From a virus, in IMG/VR virus record IMGVR_UViG_3300043438_002264, positions 1 through 64,000 of that record: a stretch of DNA of 64,000 nt; one strand, given 5' to 3'. Each line of letters opens with the position of its first letter. The stretch's first letter is position 1. Below, in pieces: positions 26,616-36,450 of the stretch. The notes under the pieces are model-generated. The model saw only the letters and a list, made by a program, of their open reading frames with translations, ran no database searches and was not told the origin of the DNA. The position numbers and the translations under genes were made by a program.

Positions 26616-27136
26616 ACCTGTTTTACCCCTTCTGCTTGCTGAATTACTGTTTCTTCCATTAAAAATCTTTCATCCAATACCGTGGCCTCATCTGAAACCT
26701 TTAATCCATTTGAAAGATGCCTATAAAACATTTTCCTATAATGAAAATTACAAAGATATCTTAATGGTACAGATTGATCAGGGTAAGTTAGCTGTACAAA
26801 AGCTCTAGACTCACACCAGCAAAATGCGTCAAAAGTCATCTTACTATAATTTATTTTTTCAAAAGTTTCTTTAATTCTGTCTCTTTCATCTATCACAACT
26901 TCGCAGGTTTCTCTCCACTGCTGAGGACTTCTCCCCTCTGTAATAGTTTTTTCATAATAATAATGAAAGTCACACAAAAATCTTTTTCCTCTTGGGCCTT
27001 CCAGATAAACATACGCTGGGGCTACACAAGAGCTGTTTGCCCTTCCTTCAAAAGACATGCCATACTTTTTTTCTGGCAGAACCATCATTGGATCAAAAGC
27101 TTCACAGAGCTGATCCTTAGGAATGCCTAGGGTCAT
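26612..27136 (-). CDS. Cys/His protein with duplicated C...A(Y/F)V...LC.FHY module
   Basis: Internal repeat, related to 26382..26615. Confidence 0.7.
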   Translation of the reverse strand: MTLGIPKDQLCEAFDPMMVLPEKKYGMSFEGRANSSCVAPAYVYLEGPRGKRFLCDFHYYYEKTITEGRSPQQWRETCEVVIDERDRIKETFEKINYSKMTFDAFCWCESRAFVQLTYPDQSVPLRYLCNFHYRKMFYRHLSNGLKVSDEATVLDERFLMEETVIQQAEGVKQV

Positions 27137-27139
27137 TTT

Positions 27140-27322
27140 CTATCCCTTATTATCGGTTGAATAAAAGCCACCACCATTAAAGGCAACTCCTACAGGATAG
27201 TATACACGAGAGAGTGGCAGATTGCAAGTCTGACATTCATACCCTGGGTCTTTATCCAAAATGCTTCTTACAAAAGTTTCTTTTGTTTTGCATTCTGCAC
27301 ACTCATACTCGTATACAGGCAT
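27140..27322 (-). CDS. FmdB-family zinc-ribbon protein
   Basis: MPVYEYEC..C...C..C...F.GGGFYSTD. Confidence 0.9.
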   Translation of the reverse strand: MPVYEYECAECKTKETFVRSILDKDPGYECQTCNLPLSRVYYPVGVAFNGGGFYSTDNKG

Positions 27323-27323
27323 A

Positions 27324-27959
27324 TTACTTTTTAAAACCAGGAACTGGGTTAACCAGTTTCCCTGTTGGCTTCTTTTTTGCTTTTAGACCAGTTACGTCAA
27401 AGCTTGGTGGAGTTGTGTCAATTATGCCATCATCTGGGGTTGCATCTGGAGCAGAGTCCTTTAGTTTTTCATAAGTCATTACAGCTTCAACAAACTCAAT
27501 TGGGCTAACAAATCCCTTACCATTTAGATCCCAGCGGTGCACCTTACCCTCCACAATTTCAAAATGTAGGTGACGACCAGCTGATGCTCCAGTATTTCCC
27601 ATAATTCCGAGAATAGTTCCAGCCTCAACCTTTTGACCAGTCTTGACCTTCAGAGAACCCTCTTCCATGTGACCATAGCGAGCAACGTACCAAACACCAT
27701 TAACCTTACAGCGTAGGTCTACGTAGTATCCTACGCCCCCTAGAGAGCCATCAGCGTTCTTTAGCTTTGATGGGCCAGCGTAAACGACTGTGCCGTCATG
27801 CCAGGCCTCACAATAGATCTTTGGGTTACTGCCCCAAAGGTCCGTGCCATTATGATGCTTCTTAATTTTTTCAATAGGATGCACCCTCCATCCAAAAGGA
27901 CTTGTAATTTTCCAAGCCTTACCTTTTTTCCCGTCAATCGGGTATTGTGTCTTTGCCAT
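27324..27959 (-). CDS. M23 peptidase, probable endolysin
   Basis: ITSPFGWR.HP, HNGTD, YGHM, MGNTGAS.GRHLHFE. Confidence 0.9.
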   Translation of the reverse strand: MAKTQYPIDGKKGKAWKITSPFGWRVHPIEKIKKHHNGTDLWGSNPKIYCEAWHDGTVVYAGPSKLKNADGSLGGVGYYVDLRCKVNGVWYVARYGHMEEGSLKVKTGQKVEAGTILGIMGNTGASAGRHLHFEIVEGKVHRWDLNGKGFVSPIEFVEAVMTYEKLKDSAPDATPDDGIIDTTPPSFDVTGLKAKKKPTGKLVNPVPGFKK

Positions 27960-27973
27960 ATATAAAGACCTCC

Positions 27974-28927
27974 TTACTTACTATTATACCAGAGCTTTGT
28001 ATGCTCAAACTCTTCTGCAGCCTCAGTCTTTTCGTAAAACTCATTAACAGGTTTATCTAAATTACTGATATCCATGTATTTATTTTTTCCGTTTATCATT
28101 AGATTGACAACCTCTAAGAAAACTTCTTTACTATCATAAACCCATTTTCTTACTGGACTACCACCAATCTGCTTCCACCAACGAGAGTCTTCTTGATTAT
28201 GGTATTTTTCATCGTTATCGGCAAATATTCTAGTATTTTTGAGGGTGGGAGCAACTACGTCATATCCGTTGCAAAAAGTTACCAGTGATAGCTCTGCCTC
28301 TTCAAAAGGAAACTTGTGATAGTCTGGGAACTCCATATCTTTTAAGTAAGACCTATGACAAAAATAAAAATTCCCAGACATGTAATAATTTAAAAAATAT
28401 GATTCGTTAACCATTCTTGAATAAATAATTGATAAGTCTGGGTCTTCTCTCAGCTCTCCATAAATCTCTAGCCCCTGTGAATCAAACTGATAGTGATGCG
28501 TTTTGTGAAGTCTAATCTTTGTATAACGATCTACGTCGGCTTCATGCCAGAGTTGAGAAGAAATTACCGTTTTTTGTTTTATCTTCATAAGATCTTTTAA
28601 GTCTGAGATAAGCTTTGTGTCCCAGCCAGACTCAAACCTTGTGTGCGAGTCTATTTGCAAAAAATAATTTTCGTCATCAATTAATTTTCTTAACTCAGAT
28701 CTAATTTCAATAATTCCTGGAGCACTTGGTAAATCTATGTCTGGGCTGTAAGAAATAGTCTTAACTTTATTTTTAATAAAAGATAAATCTGGTGCTTGGT
28801 CATACTGCAAAGATATCCCAAAGGAAATGTTTTCTGGAAGAGTCGCAGCATTTAAAGCATTTCTTATTGTTTTCTGTAAGTTAGGCTCTTCTAAAGCTGC
28901 AATAGAAATAAATATGTTGTCATTCAT
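27974..28927 (-). CDS. GT60/Gnt1-like GlcNAc transferase
   Basis: IFISIAA, ENYFLQIDSHTRF..GWD, SGNFYF, FEE.ELS...F.NGYDV. Confidence 0.75.
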   Translation of the reverse strand: MNDNIFISIAALEEPNLQKTIRNALNAATLPENISFGISLQYDQAPDLSFIKNKVKTISYSPDIDLPSAPGIIEIRSELRKLIDDENYFLQIDSHTRFESGWDTKLISDLKDLMKIKQKTVISSQLWHEADVDRYTKIRLHKTHHYQFDSQGLEIYGELREDPDLSIIYSRMVNESYFLNYYMSGNFYFCHRSYLKDMEFPDYHKFPFEEAELSLVTFCNGYDVVAPTLKNTRIFADNDEKYHNQEDSRWWKQIGGSPVRKWVYDSKEVFLEVVNLMINGKNKYMDISNLDKPVNEFYEKTEAAEEFEHTKLWYNSK

Positions 28928-29577
28928 TACTCTTCTCCATTAGAATGAATCATGTGTTTCATATTGTGATACCAGTGCGGCATGGAGTATCTGAATCCTG
29001 AAGTAATTGGATGAACCTCATGAATGTATAAAAAGTTTGATGGGAAAAATATAATGCTGCCAGCCTCTGGCTTTATCTTTACCCCAGAATTAACAAACTC
29101 AATTTCTCCACCTTCATAGTTATCATTAAGGTACATAACAGTAGACAAAGCTCTACTGCTTAGCCCCTGATCTTGGTGTGCTGGCAAATGTCCAGTCTTT
29201 CCATATCTTAAAAGATTTATGCTTTCTTCACGATTTTTAATATTTTTTTCAGCAAATGGATAGATTTTTGTTGTATAGTGTTTAAATCCTTCGTCTAAAG
29301 CCCTATACATTGTTGTTGTAATTTCAAACATTTCTTTATAGTAATAATCCTTAGGGCTAATTTGCTCTGGAGGAGGAAAAAACTTTTGATCGTTAAAGTG
29401 TAAATTTCCATAGGTCCATGGGCTCCAGGGCTGCACGTCTGTTTGGTGGCCAGCATGCCTGCCCGCTGTGTATCTTTCATCTATATCATTTACAACATCT
29501 ATAATTCTTTGTGGATTTGGAATTATATTTTTATAATAAACTAATCCCAAACCAAGAACATCATAGGTAAAAGACAT
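28927..29577 (-). CDS. 2OG-Fe(II) oxygenase, prolyl-4-hydroxylase-like
   Basis: HQD, YLNDNYEGGEI, FPSNF.Y.HEV.PI.SG.RY. Confidence 0.9.
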   Translation of the reverse strand: MSFTYDVLGLGLVYYKNIIPNPQRIIDVVNDIDERYTAGRHAGHQTDVQPWSPWTYGNLHFNDQKFFPPPEQISPKDYYYKEMFEITTTMYRALDEGFKHYTTKIYPFAEKNIKNREESINLLRYGKTGHLPAHQDQGLSSRALSTVMYLNDNYEGGEIEFVNSGVKIKPEAGSIIFFPSNFLYIHEVHPITSGFRYSMPHWYHNMKHMIHSNGEE

Positions 29578-30188
29578 TAGATTTCCCTATCTAATAAAGC
29601 ATACGGATGATTAATAGCAGCCCAGTGTTCGGTTTCTAAGGCTGTGTGAAAGTCTGGGTCTGCATGCTCTGGAAGGCTTGTGTGCATGTAAAGAGCGGTA
29701 TGTCTAAATCCATTTTCTACTTTAGTTATTCCGTGTATATATTCTGATCCAGCACTTGGGAAAAATACTGCAGAATACTTTTTTGGCTTGTATTCAAAAT
29801 TTTGATTTGGAAAGTATATCAAACCACCTTCATATTCCGATGGGTCATTTAAATAAATTATTGTGCTCCACTCAATAAATGGTTCTGGGTCTTGAGCATC
29901 TATATGAAGCCCCCCCACAGATCCTGGAACCCAGTGTGAGCCGAAGGCCTTAAAAACATAAATTGGATTTACAAAGCCATTCTGGTTTTTGTGTGTTTGA
30001 TTAGACTTGTGACCATACTTTATTAATAAATCCATTACCCTTTTGTTATATGGAAAAGCTGTACCACCAAATCTTTTTTTGTAATACTCTGGATAAGGGT
30101 TTGTTTCTGATGGGTTTTTTTGCTCTTGAATTAGAGTTTCCGCATCTTCTGGGGTAATAAAATTATCAATAATGTGTATTCTGTGCAT
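29577..30188 (-). CDS. 2OG-Fe(II) oxygenase, prolyl-4-hydroxylase-like
   Basis: HID, YLND..EYEGG, FPS...HG...V..G.R. Confidence 0.88.
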   Translation of the reverse strand: MHRIHIIDNFITPEDAETLIQEQKNPSETNPYPEYYKKRFGGTAFPYNKRVMDLLIKYGHKSNQTHKNQNGFVNPIYVFKAFGSHWVPGSVGGLHIDAQDPEPFIEWSTIIYLNDPSEYEGGLIYFPNQNFEYKPKKYSAVFFPSAGSEYIHGITKVENGFRHTALYMHTSLPEHADPDFHTALETEHWAAINHPYALLDREI

Positions 30189-30212
30189 GTTCTTCTCCTT
30201 GTTAATATTATA

Positions 30213-31031
30213 TCAGGAAATCTGTTTGATTTCCATTAAGAACTTTCTTGCATCCAAATTCTGGTAGCTTAGCAAGCCTGGGTTATATAAAACGTCATCT
30301 GGGTTATATGGAAGCTTATTGAGAGAGCTACTTTCTATACCGTGAAATTTTAAAAACTCAGAAGAGTTTTTTGTTAGACACTCTATTACTTCATTATACC
30401 CATGCTCTATGGAAAATGTAGTATACTCTGTTTCAATAGTTCTAAGCAACAAGTCTTCGTATAAGTTGGACGGTCCTGAAAAAATATCAATTTCTTTATT
30501 AAACAAATTTAAAGAAAGCATCTCTTCTTCTCCGTGATATTTAACATTTTTAGGATACATATTTTTTAAATTTTCAGTTTTTCCAAAAATAAAATTTCTA
30601 TCTATAAAATTTGACAAAGTAAAGTCTAAAGATTTTAATCTTTCTTGTTTTAAAAAAAACAAATCTTTTAGTTTTAAGCTTAATCTTCCTTTGCCAGAAA
30701 TGACAGCATTTTTATCATTTAAGAAATTAATTAAAGTTTCATCCCAATTTTCTGAAACAAGGGTATCGTCAGAACAAAATAAAAAATACTCAGAAGTATT
30801 TTTATTAACCATTTTGCTTTTTCGCTCTGCAGGTCCAATAATTTCGTCCCAAGCATCGTGATGATATTCAAGATTGTTTTTATATTCGGGACCTCTAAAA
30901 ATCTGAGATCTGTCAATTGTATTTTGATCAAACACTACGACAAAAATTTCATTTTTAGTATTTTTAATTAATTGATCAACAACCTTTTTTAAGTTTTTAT
31001 TTTGATATGAAACAATTAAAGATTGAATCAT
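30213..31031 (-). CDS. divergent GT-A glycosyltransferase (GT60-like)
   Basis: EYFL..SDD..V..NWD, NFIFG, GEEEMLSL..F...DIF. Confidence 0.6.
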   Translation of the reverse strand: MIQSLIVSYQNKNLKKVVDQLIKNTKNEIFVVVFDQNTIDRSQIFRGPEYKNNLEYHHDAWDEIIGPAERKSKMVNKNTSEYFLFCSDDTLVSENWDETLINFLNDKNAVISGKGRLSLKLKDLFFLKQERLKSLDFTLSNFIDRNFIFGKTENLKNMYPKNVKYHGEEEMLSLNLFNKEIDIFSGPSNLYEDLLLRTIETEYTTFSIEHGYNEVIECLTKNSSEFLKFHGIESSSLNKLPYNPDDVLYNPGLLSYQNLDARKFLMEIKQIS

Positions 31032-31777
31032 TTTTTTGTGCCTTTCCTAAAAATACCAAAAACTTTTTTACGCCAAGCACTTTTTTTATAGTATCCATAA
31101 AGCATTGATCTTCTGTTTTCTGCCATTAATTCGTGTCGATCTAAATTCTCTGGCGAGTCTACAACTTCTAGCTCCCAATCATCACGCTTAAATGGAATAA
31201 TCTGCATAATTGGAGTTCCTTTTGGAATTGTTCCGTGAAAATTTCTTTTTAAAAAGAATGCAATAAAAACTGGTAGCCCCCAAATGTCTGACTCTACAAT
31301 TCCAGACTGAACATAAAAGGGTAGGTCATATCTATTCATGGGGTGCGTAATTAAAACAGAGTATCCTGGTGGCGTTTCGTAATACCAGTTCATTCTCCAT
31401 CCGTAATGAATGGGATGGCAGTTATCTGGAACAACTATATCTATTATTGGTCTTTTATCAACAATCATGACATCCCCTCCCCAAGAAAGGGACGGTCTTC
31501 CGTCTTTGTCCAAACTAACGTGTAGATCATCTTCAAGAAGATAAAAATATCCAGCAGTCGTTGCATCAAAAAATGGCATACACATTTTTGTTGATACCTG
31601 AGCTCCGTCAGACCCCAAATTGTTTTGTGGGTCTAAAGTTATGTCGTTGTTTGACCTATCAAATTTTGCAAGATTTCTATACCATTTTGGAATATGTTTG
31701 ACTGCTGGTTCTGGACTTAAAAGAAAATCGCCATACTCATGAAAGGAGGGGGTAAATTTTATTTTTAAAGGGTTCAC
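31028..31777 (-). CDS. conserved phage protein, possible dUTPase-like fold
   Basis: P.WY, K.CMPFFDA...GY, TPPGYS.L, GTPIMQIIPFKR. Confidence 0.65.
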   Translation of the reverse strand: MNPLKIKFTPSFHEYGDFLLSPEPAVKHIPKWYRNLAKFDRSNNDITLDPQNNLGSDGAQVSTKMCMPFFDATTAGYFYLLEDDLHVSLDKDGRPSLSWGGDVMIVDKRPIIDIVVPDNCHPIHYGWRMNWYYETPPGYSVLITHPMNRYDLPFYVQSGIVESDIWGLPVFIAFFLKRNFHGTIPKGTPIMQIIPFKRDDWELEVVDSPENLDRHELMAENRRSMLYGYYKKSAWRKKVFGIFRKGTKK

Positions 31778-32493
31778 CGATATTCCTTTTTTGATCTAAA
31801 GAAATTTTTATATCCATTAGAAAATACTGATCTTAATTTTAAACCTTGCGTACTAAAAATATTTTCAGCTTTCTCAACTGACTCTAAAGTTTTTCCCCAA
31901 GACTCTCTTTTAAAAGGAATAACCTGAATTAAAGGAGTTCCTTTTTTAATAATTCCTTTAAAATCTTTTTCTACTAAAAATGATAAATGTCCATTTGATA
32001 CAAAAGAATCTGTATCTACAATTGCTTGTAAAGCTGTTAGTGGACTTGAGTCTGAATAGGCTGGCTGAAGAAAAATTGAGCTGTAGCCCTTAGGGGTTCC
32101 TACTGACCAAAACGGAAAAATTCTAAACAAATCTTTATGGTACATGTCTTTGTTTATTGGAAGATGCTCATACTGCTCTCTAGCATGAACAGCAAACATG
32201 TCAGCCTGTAGTTTTAAGATGCCTGCAGGAATAGACCACTCTAGCTTTTCTGGATTTGTTGCGTCTACATAAATGTCACAAGGGGCTGGAATCATATATC
32301 CAGCAGTGATCAAGTCAAATATTGGCATACATTTTTTTATTGTTGTCCCAATCATTCCAAATGATATGCCACCGTTATTAATAAGAGATGGGGCTTTTTT
32401 ATACCACTCTGGCAAAAATTTTGAGGAAGCTTCTGGGCTTATATCAAGTGCAACGGTTTCTTCGCTGTATGGGTAAAACTTAATTTTTTTCAT
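31774..32493 (-). CDS. paralogue of 31028..31777
   Basis: PEWY, KKCMPIFD...GY, TPKGYS, GTPLIQVIPFKR. Confidence 0.65.
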   Translation of the reverse strand: MKKIKFYPYSEETVALDISPEASSKFLPEWYKKAPSLINNGGISFGMIGTTIKKCMPIFDLITAGYMIPAPCDIYVDATNPEKLEWSIPAGILKLQADMFAVHAREQYEHLPINKDMYHKDLFRIFPFWSVGTPKGYSSIFLQPAYSDSSPLTALQAIVDTDSFVSNGHLSFLVEKDFKGIIKKGTPLIQVIPFKRESWGKTLESVEKAENIFSTQGLKLRSVFSNGYKNFFRSKKEYR

Positions 32494-33121
32494 AAAAATC
32501 CTTTATTCTTTCTATCATTATAGCACTTGAATCAAACACCATGTCAAACATTGGGGAGCCTTTCTTTATTTTGCCAAAACCATAATCGATCATGTGCTTT
32601 CCTTTTCTTTTAAACTTAAAAGGAACAAGGTGAGGCCTGACGTACTGAGTATCTACTGAAATAGGTCTATAGTTAAAGAAAGACTCATATGTCAGAAATG
32701 GTGAGTCTTTGATTGTTTCAAATTTTACACTAACATTATCGTCAATAAACCAAGGAACATAGAAAACAAAAGCTGGATCAAAAAGATTATCTTCTTTTGG
32801 ATACTCCTTTTTTGTTTGATAATACTGCCTCATATGAGGTCGATCAACATTTCTAAAATTTCCGTTTTTTTCTAACAAAAAGATATCTGCATGAGTTTTT
32901 TGTCTTAGTCTTACCTGAGTCCCCTCTATAGAAATTAGCTCAGGCCTAGGATATAAGAATTCTACATAACGGTTAATCGGTTTTATTATAGAATGGTCAT
33001 ACTTGTCTCTACTAATTGACTGATACCTTATCCACTTATCTGGTATCCTAGATTCGTGGCTTATTTTTATAAAGTCTGGGTCATACGTATCATACCAAAG
33101 ATTAAAATTAAATGATTCCAC
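32480..33121 (-). CDS. hypothetical protein
   Basis: ORF track; IKKGSPMF weakly resembles the neighbours. Confidence 0.65.
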   Translation of the reverse strand: MESFNFNLWYDTYDPDFIKISHESRIPDKWIRYQSISRDKYDHSIIKPINRYVEFLYPRPELISIEGTQVRLRQKTHADIFLLEKNGNFRNVDRPHMRQYYQTKKEYPKEDNLFDPAFVFYVPWFIDDNVSVKFETIKDSPFLTYESFFNYRPISVDTQYVRPHLVPFKFKRKGKHMIDYGFGKIKKGSPMFDMVFDSSAIMIERIKDFYEKN

Positions 33122-33145
33122 AATACCTTTTCTTGTTTAGTTCCG

Positions 33146-33217
33146 AGCCTTTTGTCAGGATTGAACTGACGACCTACGCATTACAAGTGCGTTGCTCTAC
33201 CACTGAGCTAAAAAGGC
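33146..33217 (-). tRNA. tRNA-Thr(TGT)
   Basis: GCCTTTT...AAAAGGC-T; anticodon loop CTTGTAA. Confidence 0.93.
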
Positions 33218-33257
33218 AGCTAGACAAGTATAACATTCTTGTGATATAATTGCAAGT

Positions 33258-33983
33258 ATGCGGCCTGGGACTCTTATTGTTTGTGCTAACCATATTGGTA
33301 ATATTTTAGATGTCCCCCCAAGAACTATAGAAAAAATAAGACAAACTAAACATATTTTTTGTGATCATTTAGAGACTTTTAATCAAGACATTGCCATCCC
33401 TTATAAAATAGATATGGATGACAAAATTGTCTTTGAGGTTGGGATAGATGAAAATGGAGAAGAAAACAACACCGTAAGAGCAGCATTGTCTGTCCTACAA
33501 AAAGGAAAAGATATTGTATTCATTTCTGATAACGGTCTCCCAGGATTTGCTGATAGAGGAACAAGAATAATTGATATAGTCTATGAAAATAACATCCCTG
33601 TAGAAATTATTCCTGGTCCAAGCATAGTGTCAGCATCTGTTGCTGTGGCGGGAATACCGTCTTCGTCTTCTGATGTTTTGTTTATTTCATTTTTTGAATC
33701 TACTGAAAAAGAAAAACTTAACAAGCTAGAATTAATAAAAGATTTTGATGCTAGCATTGTCTTTTTAGATTTTCCAGAAAACATGCAATGGCTAATTTAT
33801 AATATAGAAAAAATTATTGGGGAAAAGCGATTGGCAGCCTTGTGTATAAACGTTGGCATTGAGCCCCAAAGAATAATTAGAAAAGAAATCTTTCTCTTTA
33901 AAGAAGATTTTCCAGACTTAACAGACAGCTATGTAACTTTAGTCTTAGAAGGCTCAGTTTCCAGAAGAATTGAAGACTTGTAG
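33258..33983 (+). CDS. rsmI: RsmI-like (16S rRNA C1402 2'-O) tetrapyrrole-methylase-family methyltransferase
   Basis: GTL.V....IGN..D...R, ISDNG.P...D.G, IPGPS....V..AG. Confidence 0.75.
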   Translation: MRPGTLIVCANHIGNILDVPPRTIEKIRQTKHIFCDHLETFNQDIAIPYKIDMDDKIVFEVGIDENGEENNTVRAALSVLQKGKDIVFISDNGLPGFADRGTRIIDIVYENNIPVEIIPGPSIVSASVAVAGIPSSSSDVLFISFFESTEKEKLNKLELIKDFDASIVFLDFPENMQWLIYNIEKIIGEKRLAALCINVGIEPQRIIRKEIFLFKEDFPDLTDSYVTLVLEGSVSRRIEDL

Positions 33984-34054
33984 GGAGTACGGGACTTGAA
34001 CCCGTGACCGACGGATTATGAGTCCGCTGCTCTAACCAGCTGAGCTAACTCCCT
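33981..34054 (-). tRNA. tRNA with CAT anticodon (Ile2 or elongator Met)
   Basis: AGGGAGT...ACTCCCT-A; GCGGA-CTCATAA-TCCGT. Confidence 0.9.
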
Positions 34055-34060
34055 TTAATG

Positions 34061-34134
34061 CGACTCTGACCAGACTTGAACTGGCGACCCCTACCGTGAC
34101 AGGGTAGTGCTCTAACCAACTGAGCTACAGAGCC
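34061..34134 (-). tRNA. tRNA-Asp(GTC)
   Basis: GGCTCTG...CAGAGTC-G; anticodon loop CTGTCAC. Confidence 0.93.
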
Positions 34135-34216
34135 AAGAATAAAAGTATAGCAGGAAAGTATTTTTTTTGCAAATTATGGATCTATGCTCCTAGCTGCCTT
34201 ATGGTACAATTTCTAT

Positions 34217-35104
34217 GTGAATAAAATTTTTATAAGCATTCCGTCTCTTAGAGATCCAACCCTAGAAGCAACAATGAAAATTGCACTAAAGAATGCGGAC
34301 AATCCTAAAAATGTTATTTTTGGCGTTGGAGCACAATATTATGATGATGAAATGCCAGAGTTTAATTTTATAAATAAAGATCAGCTAAAGCTTTTAAAAA
34401 TTAATCCAGATCATAGGCCTGGGGTTGTAAAACTAAGATATGAAATATCAAAGTTAATTACAGACGAATCATATTTTATGAGCATTGATTCTCATATGTT
34501 ATTTTCTCCGCACTGGGACACTAAATGTTTAGCTTGGATAAAAGAATTACAAGAAAAAATTGGAAACCAGAAAGTATGCGTTACTAATGGAAGAATTATT
34601 GCTGACAATACGCAAAGTGATCATCAGGTAATTTGTAGAATTTCTAGCAAAAATACCATTGATGACGGGGGGCTTCTTAAAGCAAAAAGCTTTAAGGATG
34701 GTTGGCTAGAAGCGGTAAACATTTGCTGCAATTTCTTTTTTGCCCCAATAGAAATTATAAAAGATGTAGGCTGGGATCCATACTCTCAATTTACTTGGGA
34801 AGAACAGTATATGTTTTTTAGAGTTTTTATGTCTGGATTTGAGTGTTTTATTCCAACAGAGGATGCTGTAGTAAAGCAGTCTCCAGATTTTTACTACCAT
34901 TATGTTTGGCCAGATATGTCAAAACACTATTTTACAAGATTAGAAAATCAAGACCCAACAAACCAGAAACTTGAGCTACAACGTGCTATGACAACAAACG
35001 AAAAAAGCAACAAGTTTTCAATTGAAAATTCTACAAAACATGTTAGAGAATTTTGGGATAGACTGGGTCAAGGAGAGCTGTTTGATAAGTATCAGACAGG
35101 CTAA
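34217..35104 (+). CDS. GT60/Gnt1-like GlcNAc transferase
   Basis: IFISIPSLRDP, RPGVVKLRYEISKLI.DE.YFMSIDSH, WEE; close paralogue of 10995..11951; leaderless GTG start. Confidence 0.75.
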   Translation: MNKIFISIPSLRDPTLEATMKIALKNADNPKNVIFGVGAQYYDDEMPEFNFINKDQLKLLKINPDHRPGVVKLRYEISKLITDESYFMSIDSHMLFSPHWDTKCLAWIKELQEKIGNQKVCVTNGRIIADNTQSDHQVICRISSKNTIDDGGLLKAKSFKDGWLEAVNICCNFFFAPIEIIKDVGWDPYSQFTWEEQYMFFRVFMSGFECFIPTEDAVVKQSPDFYYHYVWPDMSKHYFTRLENQDPTNQKLELQRAMTTNEKSNKFSIENSTKHVREFWDRLGQGELFDKYQTG

Positions 35105-35301
35105 TCTGCAAGTCTTTCATATGCCCAGCCTAAAAGGTCAGCAGCATCCTGGTCTTTTTCATATTCTCTTTCATAAATAAGATTACGAAGTTTAGAAAAT
35201 ATTTTAATTCGCTCAGAGAGTTTAATCATCTCAACAAGCATAGGATCTATTTCGGCGGTAGCCTTCGAGATATCAAAATCAATCTCATTGGGATTGTCCA
35301 T
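35101..35301 (-). CDS. hypothetical protein, leaderless
   Basis: TATAAT 5 nt upstream of ATG. Confidence 0.65.
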   Translation of the reverse strand: MDNPNEIDFDISKATAEIDPMLVEMIKLSERIKIFSKLRNLIYEREYEKDQDAADLLGWAYERLAD

Positions 35302-35316
35302 GATTAATTATAACAG

Positions 35317-36450
35317 CTATTCGCAAATATAACTAAATGACATATAAAATTTATCAGCAGTGACTAAATTAATGGGAGAATTATGATCAAATATTTGATC
35401 TTGAGATGAGCCAGAAATATACCAAAGTGTCATCGTAGAGCTGGTGGGCAACAGGTGACCCTTTAAACTATAGTGATCTGTAGTAGAACCAGTGTTGTGT
35501 ATAGACCCGCCATATACGTCTGCGTGGTATTTAGATGGATGCGGCAGCGTTAATGAGTATTGACCAGATCCAAAGTTTGTCACATTTGTAAAATTAACAT
35601 CAAGATATACTTGAACAAGGTTGCCTATTTTTATATAGGTTCCAGTGGCTGGTGTTCCAGTAAATGCTAACCCAGTTCCGCTCCAAACTGGAGAATAGCT
35701 GGTGATAGCAGAAACTGTATTATTAATATCTCCAATAGTTGCAATCTGATTTTCAGGGTCAGTTTCATCATTAAGAAATTCTCCAGTAGCACCATTCAAA
35801 ATTACCTGGTCTGATGAAGATGAAAGTTTTAGTGAGCTTTCTGGAGCAGTTATCCAATATGTATAGAGGGTGCTCATTCCTGGACCAGAAAGAATTCCAT
35901 CCGACCCAAAACGCCAGATGTTTGTAGCTGTCTCTGAAGTGGTTCTAATATCTACATAATCCCCAGTATCCGAGACAAGAAGATTGGTGTCTTCTCCACC
36001 AATAATCAAGTCTGCGTTAGAAGCATCCTGTGTTCCGCCTGCACGAATGTGGATATGGTTAGGTGCAGTAGGATCAATAATTATGTACTGGTCTGAGGTA
36101 AGATCTCCGTCTGGAACTAGCTCAATAGTTCCTAGGTTAGCACCATCCCCTGATGCTGTGCCAGCACCAATAATTTTTACGCCATCAAAGGTAATGTCTC
36201 CAGTGTTTGCAGCATCGCCTTCGGCTGCAATTAGAGTCCAGAAAGTTCCTTCTGCTGGAGTATCTCCAACATTTCCACCATTAGAATTTAAACGATACCA
36301 AGTTTGTCCATTGTAAGTTGCAACATCTCCTACTGCATATGCTGCACCGCCACTATAGGCACCTCTAAAGTTCCAAAGAGCATCTGCCCCTGCTGGACCC
36401 TCTGGGCCTGGTGTACCTTCTCCACCTGCACCGCCACTAAACCTAGCCAC
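35317..36450 (-). CDS. tail fibre / virion decoration protein with short collagen-like and CBM5/12-like segments
   Basis: GEGTPGPEGPAG; YAVGDVATYNGQTW; C-terminal G.Y.KIG.LV...LP fibre-tip pattern. Confidence 0.7.
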   Translation of the reverse strand: MARFSGGAGGEGTPGPEGPAGADALWNFRGAYSGGAAYAVGDVATYNGQTWYRLNSNGGNVGDTPAEGTFWTLIAAEGDAANTGDITFDGVKIIGAGTASGDGANLGTIELVPDGDLTSDQYIIIDPTAPNHIHIRAGGTQDASNADLIIGGEDTNLLVSDTGDYVDIRTTSETATNIWRFGSDGILSGPGMSTLYTYWITAPESSLKLSSSSDQVILNGATGEFLNDETDPENQIATIGDINNTVSAITSYSPVWSGTGLAFTGTPATGTYIKIGNLVQVYLDVNFTNVTNFGSGQYSLTLPHPSKYHADVYGGSIHNTGSTTDHYSLKGHLLPTSSTMTLWYISGSSQDQIFDHNSPINLVTADKFYMSFSYICE

